Numbered from the stretch's first letter, positions 1-6,311 are shown. The stretch is DNA of 24,000 nucleotides from Peptococcaceae bacterium (GCA_017399005.1 JAFQEO010000039.1:376-24375), one strand, 5' to 3'. Notes: generated by a model not told the origin, from the letters alone. Program-made: numbers and translations.

Positions 1-210
1 GGATGACAAAATCTCTTCAATACGCTTTAAGGAAAAGTCAAGTTCACGGTAAAAGAGAATCTCTTGCATACGAAGAAAAGATTTTTCGTCGTAAAAGCGA
101 TAGCCTGTAGTTTTGTCAACAAAGGCTGGTATCAACAATCCTATTTCATCGTAATAATGCAGTGTGCGCACACTTACACCCGTAAAATCGGCAAATTCTT
201 TAATCTGCAT
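1..210 (-). CDS. MerR-family transcriptional regulator, N-terminal winged-HTH part (C-terminus lies beyond the window start)
   Basis: Missing from the ORF track because the window edge cuts it. Hand translation of the minus strand from ATG 210..208 gives [70 protein letters not shown] with no stop. '[14 protein letters not shown]' plus 'GYRFY' is the classic MerR (TipA/Mta-type) signature. GAGGTG sits at 228..223 but its spacing to the ATG (12 nt) is long. Confidence 0.85.
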   Translation of the reverse strand, partial: MQIKEFADFTGVSVRTLHYYDEIGLLIPAFVDKTTGYRFYDEKSFLRMQEILFYRELDFSLKRIEEILSS

Positions 211-236
211 TTTCAATTTTATCACCTCACAACAAG

Positions 237-267
237 AGCATACACTATGACGGAGCGTGAGAGTCAA
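237..267 (-). promoter_or_regulatory. MerR-type promoter with 19-bp spacer (TTGACT-19-TATGCT) upstream of the merR-like gene
   Basis: On the minus strand, -35 TTGACT is at 267..262 and -10 TATGCT at 242..237, with a hand-counted 19-nt spacer (261..243). Overlong 19-20 bp spacers are the hallmark of promoters activated by MerR-family DNA distortion. Only a weak dyad (GAC-N11-GTC) is visible in the spacer. Confidence 0.45.
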
Positions 268-313
268 TACCCTTTTGAAAAAATATGGATTGATGTTCGA
301 AAAATTCTAATTG

Positions 314-496
314 TTATTCTTCATTGTCTCTGTTTTGTCCATCAAATGCTGTTCCAATGCCGACACCAATACATAAACCAATCGATATCCAGACTGGTAT
401 ATTGTTGGCTGCAGCACCAATTGCAACACCGACGGAAAGACCGATGCCCATAAAAATCGGTAAATAATGGGGGTTATCTTCCTGTTTATGTTTCAT
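314..496 (-). CDS. Small glycine-rich (glycine-zipper-like) membrane protein, hypothetical
   Basis: ORF 314..520. I prefer ATG at 496 (MKHKQEDNPHYLPIFMGIGLSVGVAIGAAANNIPVWISIGLCIGVGIGTAFDG...) over the TTG at 520. A G-rich SD (AGGGGGGAA) lies upstream. It has two hydrophobic GxxxG-rich segments and sits between the MFS and merR-like genes. Confidence 0.55.
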   Translation of the reverse strand: MKHKQEDNPHYLPIFMGIGLSVGVAIGAAANNIPVWISIGLCIGVGIGTAFDGQNRDNEE

Positions 497-549
497 ATAG
501 ATATGTTCCCCCCTATTCAACTTCCAATTTGCCTGTCTGTTTTATTCTC

Positions 550-2037
550 CTACCGCTTCTTCTGCGGTTTAATCAGCAATGTACAGAACAGAGAAATCAC
601 CAGGAACACGGCCAGATACAGATAGTCGGTATTTACGGCCTGGATGGCGGCCAGGCGATATTCCATGGTGCCTTCCTGCGGGATACCGGTGTTGCCGGCT
701 GCCAGATAGTAACGGTTCAGGTTGAGGCTCAGCACTACGGTTAAGATGTTGGTGGATACCACCTGCACCACCTGTTTGCCCCAGTTATACAGCGAGGAGG
801 CATGGCCGGACAGTTCCGGCGGCACGGCGCTTAAGCCGTAGTTGGTCAGCGGCATCTGCAAGAGCGATAACCCGGCATAACGCATGGTAAAGCAGATTAA
901 CACAAATACCGCATTGCTGTCGATTTTTAAATTGCACAGCCCCAGATTGCCGACTAGCACAATCAGCACCCCGCCGGTAATCAGCGTGCGCACAAACCCT
1001 TTTGCATGAAGCCGGATGGCGATGGTATTTGCCACCAGCATGGAAAGTGCCGGAATCAGCAGAAACATCCCGGTTTCCGCCGGCGACCAGCCTCTGCCGG
1101 TCTGAAAATAAAACTGGCTCAGCATGGCGTTGATGCCCAGTGTCATCGCCAGAGTGCACTGCACCAGCATAGCCAGCGCAAATGGCTTAAATTTCAGCAC
1201 TCCAAAATTCAAAAGCGGATGGGACGTATGGAACTGCCGATACACAAAAATCAGCTCCAGTGCCAGCCCGGTTAACAGGCAGCCCCAGAACAGAGCCGAC
1301 CTCCAGCCCCAGGCATCGCCCTCGGTAAAGGCAATCATAATCATACCGGTACCGATGGATACCTGCAGAATACCGAAGAAATCAAATTTATCGGTGTTTT
1401 TACCCTCTTCTGCCGGAATGCTCTTATAGCCAATCCACAGCACCAGCAGCACAAAGGGAATATTAAACAGAAACAGGAAGTGCCAGCTGGAAAAAGTCAG
1501 CATAATCCCTGCCAGTGTAGGTCCGATGGTAACCCCCACCGACTGGAACATCATCGCGGTACCCAGATAAGGCTCCTGCTGTTTTTTCGGAATATAGCGG
1601 TACAGCATAGCCACAGTGCTTGGCACCACAACACCACCGGCAATCCCTTTTAAAAAGCGGAAAGCCACCAGCATATAAAAGCTGGTGGAACAGGCACAGC
1701 CCAGCGAGCTGAGCCCCATCACCGCAATGGCCGACAGAAACACCTTACGATAACTGTACCGTTCACACAGATACCCGGCCAGCGGCATCATCATACCCAG
1801 CGGCAGCATATAGCCCACCACTACCCACTGCACCGTATTGATATCCACATGGAAAATAGACATATAAGACGGCAGCGAAATATTCACCGTCGATGTATTC
1901 AGCATTGTAATCAGGTTGGTCAGCATTACCGCCACCAGAAACTTGCGGTTGCGGCTGGCCGATGCTTTATCCAGTTCTGCAGGTTCCCCCATAGTCGTCA
2001 TCTTCTTTCTAAAATCATTCAAACGAAAATCATTCAA
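550..2037 (-). CDS. MFS transporter, DHA2 (EmrB/QacA-like, 14-TMS) drug:H+ antiporter family
   Basis: The 495-aa ORF is hydrophobic throughout, and its ~14 predicted TM segments and length fit DHA2. It is adjacent to a MerR regulator. The start is uncertain: ATG 2037, or internal ATGs at 2001/1992 (MTTMGEP...), and none has a strong SD. A possible extended -10 promoter (TGcTATAAT) lies on the minus strand at 2071..2063. Confidence 0.85.
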   Translation of the reverse strand: MNDFRLNDFRKKMTTMGEPAELDKASASRNRKFLVAVMLTNLITMLNTSTVNISLPSYMSIFHVDINTVQWVVVGYMLPLGMMMPLAGYLCERYSYRKVFLSAIAVMGLSSLGCACSTSFYMLVAFRFLKGIAGGVVVPSTVAMLYRYIPKKQQEPYLGTAMMFQSVGVTIGPTLAGIMLTFSSWHFLFLFNIPFVLLVLWIGYKSIPAEEGKNTDKFDFFGILQVSIGTGMIMIAFTEGDAWGWRSALFWGCLLTGLALELIFVYRQFHTSHPLLNFGVLKFKPFALAMLVQCTLAMTLGINAMLSQFYFQTGRGWSPAETGMFLLIPALSMLVANTIAIRLHAKGFVRTLITGGVLIVLVGNLGLCNLKIDSNAVFVLICFTMRYAGLSLLQMPLTNYGLSAVPPELSGHASSLYNWGKQVVQVVSTNILTVVLSLNLNRYYLAAGNTGIPQEGTMEYRLAAIQAVNTDYLYLAVFLVISLFCTLLIKPQKKR

Positions 2038-2182
2038 AATAAATCAAACACTCTAACAAAATATTATAGCACATTTCACTATAGACTGAAAACGAGAAAT
2101 CCTGTACCACACCTTCTCGGTTCATCATTCCGCGGACATATGTTTATCACATAAAAACAATACTTATTTTGTAAAATAGAAC

Positions 2183-2211
2183 TTTACATCTATTTCCAAT
2201 CGTGATATACT
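2183..2211 (+). promoter_or_regulatory. Sigma-70/SigA-type promoter of the helicase gene (TTTACA-17-TATACT)
   Basis: -35 TTTACA is at 2183-2188, followed by a 17-nt spacer and -10 TATACT at 2206-2211. It lies in an AT-rich region about 60 nt upstream of the ATG at 2274. Confidence 0.5.
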
Positions 2212-2273
2212 GCCTTTCAACAAAATTTACCAGAGATAACACCTTTACACACATCAGGGAAGGAGACCATTTT

Positions 2274-3866
2274 ATGACACAAGAACTTGTAATTCCCCAT
2301 GCTGCCGAACCCGAACTTCTGGACAATGCACCGGTACCCGTTGCAGAACCCATTGCCGAACCGGTTGCAGAACATCCGGCAAAACCCGTCCCGGCGGCCA
2401 GACCGTGGGACCGGGCAAAAGCACCGGAAACCGTGGAGGAAACCATCAACTGCTATGAGCCAAACGATGTAGGCAATGCCCGGCGCTTTCTGGATATACA
2501 CGGAAACACGGTACGATTCTGCGCTGCCGAAGACCAGTGGTATGCGTTTAACGGCATCCAGTGGAGTACTGCCACCACCGCCCATGTTGAGCGAATGGCC
2601 TTTCAGTCTCTCGAGGAATCCTACCAGAAAGAGGCACAGTATTTTAAAGAGCGGGACGATTTCGGCTATTTTAAAGACCTCCGCAAACAGACAGCAAAGC
2701 AGGGCATCGATGCCGGTAAAGCCAGAACCGTCAGCGACTGCGTAAAAGCCTCTGCCTTTTTAAATATCATCGAGCCGGAGGAGTTTAACAACGACCCTTA
2801 CTGGTTCCATGCAAAAAACGGTGCCCTTTATCTGAAACCGACCACGGTTATGGATAACGGAGAGGAAATTTTCCGTTATGAAGCAAAGCTAGGGAACAAT
2901 CCCAAACACTACTTTACCCGTACCGCCGGGGTATCCCTTCCGGGGCCGGAAGATTTGCACGATACGCCGCAGTGCCCCACCTGGGTTCAGTTTGTATACA
3001 CCTGTGCAGGGAAGGACCGAGCGGTATACAAATATCTGCAGAAAGCGGCCGGATACTCGGTGTTAACCGGTGATATCTCCGAGCAGAAGGTATTCTGCCT
3101 GCTGGGTGCCGGACGCAACGGCAAGTCGCTGTTTATCAACACACTGGCCGAGATTGCCGGTGACTACGCCTGCAAAATCGAATCGTCCATTCTGTGCCGC
3201 AACCGGTTTAACGAGCAGGACACCGACACCGCCAAAGAGCTGTTCCGCATGAAAGACAGCCGGTTTGTATATACCAGCGAATTCGGAAGCAGCAACACCT
3301 TGAACGAAGCCTTCATCAAAGCCATTACCGACGGCGGTAAAATCAGTGCACGGCAGCTTTACAGCTCTGCCATTGAATACACACCAACCTATAAGCTGTG
3401 GTTTTCCACCAACCATATGCCAAATCTGCAATCCATCGACGAAGGCATTCGCCGCCGCATTGTGGTAATTCCGTTCCGCAGCCAGATTCCGGAAAACCAG
3501 ATTGACCGTTCTCTGGCCGATAAACTGCGGGCCGAATACACTCAGATCCTGATCTGGCTGCTTCTGGGCTATAACGCCTATCTCTGTGAAGGGCTGGAGC
3601 CTCCAGAAGCCGTGCGCAGCGCCACCGCCAGCTACTTTGAGGAGCAGGACGTATTCCAGCGGTTTTTAAACGAATCCTATGTAATCGACCCAAACGGCAA
3701 AATCGCCGCCCGCACCCTCTATCAGCACTATCAGGGCTGGTGTGCGGAAAACGGCGAGAAAGCCGTGAGCAATAATAAGTTTGGAATGGAAATAACACGG
3801 CTTGGTGTAGAAAAAGGACGCGGAAAGCATGGAATTTTCTACCGCCTGAATGAAAAAACCTTATGA
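2274..3866 (+). CDS. Phage/plasmid 'primase' P4-family / D5-like SF3 helicase (replication initiator-helicase of a mobile element)
   Basis: ORF 2202..3866. The likely start is ATG 2274, preceded by GGAAGGAG (MTQELVIPH...). SF3 helicase motifs are present: Walker A LLGAGRNGKS, motif B FVYTSE and motif C LWFSTNHMP. An upstream 'NDVGNARRF' / D5_N-like region is typical of the P4-family C-terminal domain (COG3378-type) proteins. The N-terminal ~70 aa are Pro/Ala/Glu-rich, and I could not recognise a Toprim or AEP primase catalytic domain. Confidence 0.85.
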   Translation: MTQELVIPHAAEPELLDNAPVPVAEPIAEPVAEHPAKPVPAARPWDRAKAPETVEETINCYEPNDVGNARRFLDIHGNTVRFCAAEDQWYAFNGIQWSTATTAHVERMAFQSLEESYQKEAQYFKERDDFGYFKDLRKQTAKQGIDAGKARTVSDCVKASAFLNIIEPEEFNNDPYWFHAKNGALYLKPTTVMDNGEEIFRYEAKLGNNPKHYFTRTAGVSLPGPEDLHDTPQCPTWVQFVYTCAGKDRAVYKYLQKAAGYSVLTGDISEQKVFCLLGAGRNGKSLFINTLAEIAGDYACKIESSILCRNRFNEQDTDTAKELFRMKDSRFVYTSEFGSSNTLNEAFIKAITDGGKISARQLYSSAIEYTPTYKLWFSTNHMPNLQSIDEGIRRRIVVIPFRSQIPENQIDRSLADKLRAEYTQILIWLLLGYNAYLCEGLEPPEAVRSATASYFEEQDVFQRFLNESYVIDPNGKIAARTLYQHYQGWCAENGEKAVSNNKFGMEITRLGVEKGRGKHGIFYRLNEKTL

Positions 3867-3878
3867 TTATCCTGTTTG

Positions 3879-4041
3879 GGTGTAGTCGGGTGTATATCTG
3901 GTGCAGCTTTGGTGTAGGCACTTTTGTGTCAACCAATAGGCCGGTGTAGGAGTGTAGGACTTTTTAGAAAAAAATTAAAAATCGAAACAATATTATAAAA
4001 AACTTTCCAAAAAGTACTACATGTCCTACACCACCTACACC
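3879..4041. repeat. Iteron cluster flanking an AT-rich spacer; putative replication origin
   Basis: GGTGTAGG-type 8-mers occur at 3879-3886 (GGTGTAGT), 3889-3895 (GGTGTAT), 3900-3906 (GGTGCAG, degenerate), 3911-3918 (GGTGTAGG), 3943-3950 (GGTGTAGG) and 3951-3958 (AGTGTAGG). Inverted copies lie at 4025-4031 (CCTACAC) and 4034-4041 (CCTACACC). GGTGTAGGAGTGTAGGAC (3943-3960) and GTCCTACACCACCTACACC (4023-4041) form a near-perfect inverted repeat around 3961-4020, which has only 10 G/C in 60 nt. Confidence 0.55.
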
Positions 4042-4093
4042 CTGTATCCTTTTCAATCTTGACGCATAGATTCTAATATGGTAGTATATATTT

Positions 4094-4186
4094 AATAAAA
4101 GAGTTGTTGCGTGACGGCAACCCTGAGAATTATCTAAACGAAGATTACCCCGTCGACTTTTCCGAGGAGCAGACGGGGTAGTTTTT
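4094..4186 (+). ncRNA. Candidate small RNA, copy 1 (orphan antitoxin-like sRNA)
   Basis: The promoter has -35 TTGACG at 4059-4064, a 17-nt spacer containing TG, and -10 TAGTAT at 4082-4087. The transcript carries hairpin GTTGT/GCAAC (4103-4122) and the intrinsic terminator TACCCCGTC(4146-4154)...GACGGGGTA(4172-4180)+GTTTTT. There is no ORF or SD and no downstream plus-strand gene, so it is not a leader. The TSS is estimated. Confidence 0.5.
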
Positions 4187-4199
4187 CACCTGTAAAATA

Positions 4200-4228
4200 A
4201 GCCGGTACTGACTATCCAGATACCGGCT
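4200..4228 (-). terminator. Intrinsic terminator of the LRR lipoprotein gene (bidirectional hairpin)
   Basis: Stem AGCCGGTA (4200-4207) pairs with TACCGGCT (4221-4228). T-rich runs follow on both strands (TTTTCT on plus, TTATTTTAC on minus). Confidence 0.7.
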
Positions 4229-4244
4229 TTTCTCGTTTATTCAG

Positions 4245-5162
4245 TTATACGGTCAGAAAATCTACCAGTTTCTTCTCTGCTACATTCTCGATGTTAATAC
4301 CAGTTGCTCCATTTGGAACCTCAATGATGAATTTCAGAAGGTTTCCTTCAATGACTACGTTCTCCGGTATACCTTCCCACTCATCCCGGCTGATTTCCTC
4401 TACATCTGGCTGCTGTAATACAATCTGACGGGTAGCATAATCCAGACTCACAAATTTTAATTTATTCGAATAGCAATTCATAAATGCATCGTCGTACACT
4501 GACAGATGCCGTAAATTCGGTGTATTATCAATTTGCAACTCGGTAATCTGATTATTCGAACAGTCAACCGAAACCAGATTCGGCGCACTGCTGATATCCA
4601 GTTCTGTCAAACGGTTGAAACTAACATCTATACTCTGAATGTTCGGCAGCCCTTCAAGGTCTAACTCCGCCAGCTGACCGCCACTGCAATGCAGACCTTT
4701 CAAAGCTGGAAGATAATCATAGGAAATTTTTGTAAGTTCTTCATTGCCAGCACAGCTCAAATCCTCCAGATTCTTTGCGTTGCTTAAATCCAATTCTTTC
4801 AGGTTATTGTAAGGACAAGTGAGATATACAATACTTTCTGGAAGAACCAGAGTTTCAATATGGTTACTGTGAACATTCAAAAACGTCAGCCCTGTAAGCG
4901 CTGATACATCTAACGTTCCCGCAACAGGCTGTTCCCCGTAATAAAGAGCTATACTTTCTACTCTTCTAGGGTTATCCTTACTCCAGGAAGTAACAAAATC
5001 CCACGCTTTCACGTCATCCTTCGGTACATCCCAGCCGTGTTCATCAATCAGCTGATTAATGGCCGCAATATCGTTCTGGTCATATTCGGCCCCACAGCCA
5101 GTCAAACAGCAGACAAAACATAACAGCAATCCGATAATCAGCACATATTTTGGTGTTTTCAT
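4245..5162 (-). CDS. Leucine-rich-repeat (LRR) lipoprotein, surface-exposed, function unknown
   Basis: The 305-aa product has signal peptide MKTPKYVLIIGLLLCFVCCLTGC with lipobox LTGC. Repeated ~22-aa LRR units are present (LKELDLSNAKNLEDLSCAGNE, LAELDLEGLPNIQSIDVSFNR, LTELDISSAPNLVSVDCSNNQ, ITELQIDNTPNLRHLSV). AGGAGG lies 9 nt upstream. GC content is visibly lower than in the flanking genes. Confidence 0.8.
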   Translation of the reverse strand: MKTPKYVLIIGLLLCFVCCLTGCGAEYDQNDIAAINQLIDEHGWDVPKDDVKAWDFVTSWSKDNPRRVESIALYYGEQPVAGTLDVSALTGLTFLNVHSNHIETLVLPESIVYLTCPYNNLKELDLSNAKNLEDLSCAGNEELTKISYDYLPALKGLHCSGGQLAELDLEGLPNIQSIDVSFNRLTELDISSAPNLVSVDCSNNQITELQIDNTPNLRHLSVYDDAFMNCYSNKLKFVSLDYATRQIVLQQPDVEEISRDEWEGIPENVVIEGNLLKFIIEVPNGATGINIENVAEKKLVDFLTV

Positions 5163-5194
5163 AAGGTATCGCCTCCTGTCATTGTGTTAATTTT

Positions 5195-5223
5195 ATTATA
5201 ACAGAAACTCCTATCCGGCTCAA
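5195..5223 (-). promoter_or_regulatory. Promoter of the LRR lipoprotein gene (TTGAGC-17-TGtTATAAT)
   Basis: On the minus strand, -35 TTGAGC is at 5223..5218, followed by a 17-nt spacer and an extended -10 TGtTATAAT with TATAAT at 5200..5195. Confidence 0.55.
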
Positions 5224-5244
5224 TTTTTATTTTCAAATCACAAA

Positions 5245-5389
5245 TCTGTTATCCTCTTGACGCATAGATTCTAATGTGGTAGTATATACTTAATAAAAGA
5301 GTTGCTGCGTGACGGCAACCCTGATACTTTGTTTCTTGAGAATTACCCCGTCAACATTTCCTAGGTGCGGACGGGGTAGTTTTATGCCC
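5245..5389. repeat. Direct repeat copy 2, left part (sRNA promoter + sRNA)
   Basis: See copy 1. The central ~30 nt (5325-5343) diverge from copy 1, while the promoter, first hairpin and terminator arms are conserved. Confidence 0.8.
5292..5384 (+). ncRNA. Candidate antitoxin small RNA, copy 2, convergent with the 28-aa peptide gene
   Basis: The promoter has -35 TTGACG at 5257-5262, a 17-nt spacer with TG, and -10 TAGTAT at 5280-5285. It carries hairpin GTTGC/GCAAC (5301-5320) and terminator TACCCCGTC(5344-5352)...GACGGGGTA(5370-5378)+GTTTTA. It ends 23 nt from the stop codon of the convergent peptide ORF. Confidence 0.5.
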
Positions 5390-5406
5390 TTTTACAGGCG
5401 GTTCAA

Positions 5407-5493
5407 CTATTTTTCGCCATTAAAAAGGGCGATTACTGCTACGATTAGTAAGCCGAATGTAAATAAACTCGTTAAGGCTTCCCATGTTACCAT
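5407..5493 (-). CDS. Unannotated 28-aa hydrophobic peptide, candidate type I toxin (holin-like-toxin-type)
   Basis: Below the ORF-track size cutoff. Hand translation from ATG 5493..5491 to TAG 5409..5407 gives MVTWEALTSLFTFGLLIVAVIALFNGEK, a single TM helix with a short polar N-terminus and a charged C-terminus. A strong G-rich SD (AAAGGGGGTGGGAG) lies directly upstream, and a dedicated promoter lies ~70 nt upstream. From memory it resembles the ~25-35 aa 'putative holin-like toxin' peptides of Firmicutes. Confidence 0.55.
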   Translation of the reverse strand: MVTWEALTSLFTFGLLIVAVIALFNGEK

Positions 5494-5569
5494 AGCTCCC
5501 ACCCCCTTTAAGCGGGCTACCGTCCACTGCTATCCATTGTGAAAAACAATGTGCAACAACTCTGTCCAC

Positions 5570-5598
5570 ATTTTACCATGCGAACAGACATTCTGCAA
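5570..5598 (-). promoter_or_regulatory. Promoter of the 28-aa peptide mRNA (TTGCAG-17-TGgTAAAAT)
   Basis: On the minus strand, -35 TTGCAG is at 5598..5593, followed by a 17-nt spacer and an extended -10 TGg+TAAAAT with TAAAAT at 5575..5570. The predicted ~70-nt 5' UTR contains the CATTG/CAATG hairpin. A possible SD-sequestering pairing (UAGCCC...GGGAGCUA) is also present. Confidence 0.55.
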
Positions 5599-5625
5599 TA
5601 CGTTTTCCAAAATAAAATTAACATT

Positions 5626-5677
5626 CTGTAAAATAAGCCGGTATCACTCTCGATACCGGCTTTTATCATTTATTCGT
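5626..5677. repeat. Direct repeat copy 2, right part (shared terminator segment)
   Basis: CTGTAAAATAAGCCGGTA-N10-TACCGGCTTTTaTCaTTTATTC matches 4190-4243 of copy 1. In copy 2 it is separated from the sRNA by the ~235-bp peptide cassette. Confidence 0.75.
5636..5661 (-). terminator. Intrinsic terminator of the XRE-family gene (bidirectional hairpin)
   Basis: Stem AGCCGGTA (5636-5643) pairs with TACCGGCT (5654-5661). On the minus strand it is followed by TTATTTTAC, and it lies 9 nt after the stop codon at 5670. Confidence 0.7.
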
Positions 5678-6311
5678 CTTTCATAATATACTGTTTATCG
5701 ATTGCCAGATTCACCAGAACGGCTGCACACATATACACCACCAGCACCAGCACTTCAAACAGCAGGCTGGAGTATGGCCTTGGATAAAATGCTGCAGCGG
5801 CGCTCATGGCAAAGCGAACGGGGAAGTACAGCCCCAGCCACGCGGATATTTTATAAAACCGGCGGCGAAAGGCTTTTGTCTGCACGGTCTGTTTGCCGGT
5901 GTTTTTCTGATAGGCATATTCAAAACCGCCAATGGCTGCCACAAAGGGCAGAAAGCTTAAAAATGCAAAGACTACATTCTGCAGAATCACCACGCTCATA
6001 AACTGAATCAGCAGAACCATAACCTCTAATGTAATCAGATAAATGAGTATGCGGCCAATGTCGTTTTCATCGGCAGCCGGTACGGGCTCCTGCACTTGCG
6101 TTTTGTATTCATCCACATCATCGTTTAAGAGATAATCGGCACTCACGGCAAATACTCTGCTTAACTGCCGGATGTTGTTTGCATCAGGCAGAGCGGAGCC
6201 CGACTCCCAGCGCGAAATTGCCTGCCGGGATACGTTCAGTTTTTCCGCAAGCTGCTCCTGGCTCATCCCCTCTTTTTTGCGAAGCATTAAAATTTTGTCA
6301 CTCAGTTTCAT
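5670..6311 (-). CDS. XRE-family HTH transcriptional regulator with C-terminal multi-pass membrane domain
   Basis: ORF 5670..6347. The likely start is ATG 6311 (MKLSDKILMLRKKEGMSQEQLAEKLNVSRQAISRWESGSALPDANNIRQLSRVFAVSADYLL), preceded by AGGGGTGA. This is a canonical HTH_3/XRE motif followed by about 4 hydrophobic TM segments. Confidence 0.8.
   Translation of the reverse strand: MKLSDKILMLRKKEGMSQEQLAEKLNVSRQAISRWESGSALPDANNIRQLSRVFAVSADYLLNDDVDEYKTQVQEPVPAADENDIGRILIYLITLEVMVLLIQFMSVVILQNVVFAFLSFLPFVAAIGGFEYAYQKNTGKQTVQTKAFRRRFYKISAWLGLYFPVRFAMSAAAAFYPRPYSSLLFEVLVLVVYMCAAVLVNLAIDKQYIMKDE

Larger units (their letters stand above)
2183..4041 (+). mobile_element. Replication module (rep-helicase + adjacent iteron origin) of an integrated satellite/plasmid/prophage-derived element; element boundaries not identifiable in the window
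   Basis: A mobile-element-type helicase is followed directly by the iteron/AT-rich structure. No integrase, att sites or structural genes are visible, so this may be a remnant or part of a larger island. Confidence 0.4.
4042..4243. repeat. Direct repeat copy 1 (sRNA promoter + sRNA + shared terminator), toxin-less version
   Basis: 4057-4126 matches 5255-5324 at 67 of 70 positions (hand count). The terminator hairpin arms are identical (TACCCCGTC...GACGGGGTA). The distal part, CTGTAAAATAAGCCGGTA...TACCGGCTTTT, matches 5626-5664. Confidence 0.8.

Noticed and set aside
64-453. 129-aa plus-strand ORF at the window start
   Set aside because: It is antisense to the MerR N-terminus, whose HTH signature is unmistakable, and to the small membrane-protein gene. 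It has no SD and an implausible composition.
2147-2585. 100-aa and 122-aa minus-strand ORFs over the helicase promoter and N-terminal Pro/Ala-rich region
   Set aside because: They are antisense to the helicase 5' end, and their Gly/Ser/Ala-rich translation mirrors the Pro/Ala/Glu repeat. They have no SD or promoter.
3343-3936. 197-aa minus-strand ORF antisense to the helicase gene and running into the iteron region
   Set aside because: It lies entirely antisense to a well-supported CDS. The product is Arg/Cys/Pro/Trp-rich and low in complexity, there is no SD, and the pattern is typical of shadow ORFs in GC-rich third-position-biased genes.
5309-5542. 77-aa plus-strand ORF from the track covering the sRNA terminator and the peptide gene
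   Set aside because: It starts inside the predicted sRNA, reads through a strong intrinsic terminator, has no SD, and its sequence has no protein-like features. The locus is better explained by the convergent sRNA and 28-aa peptide units.
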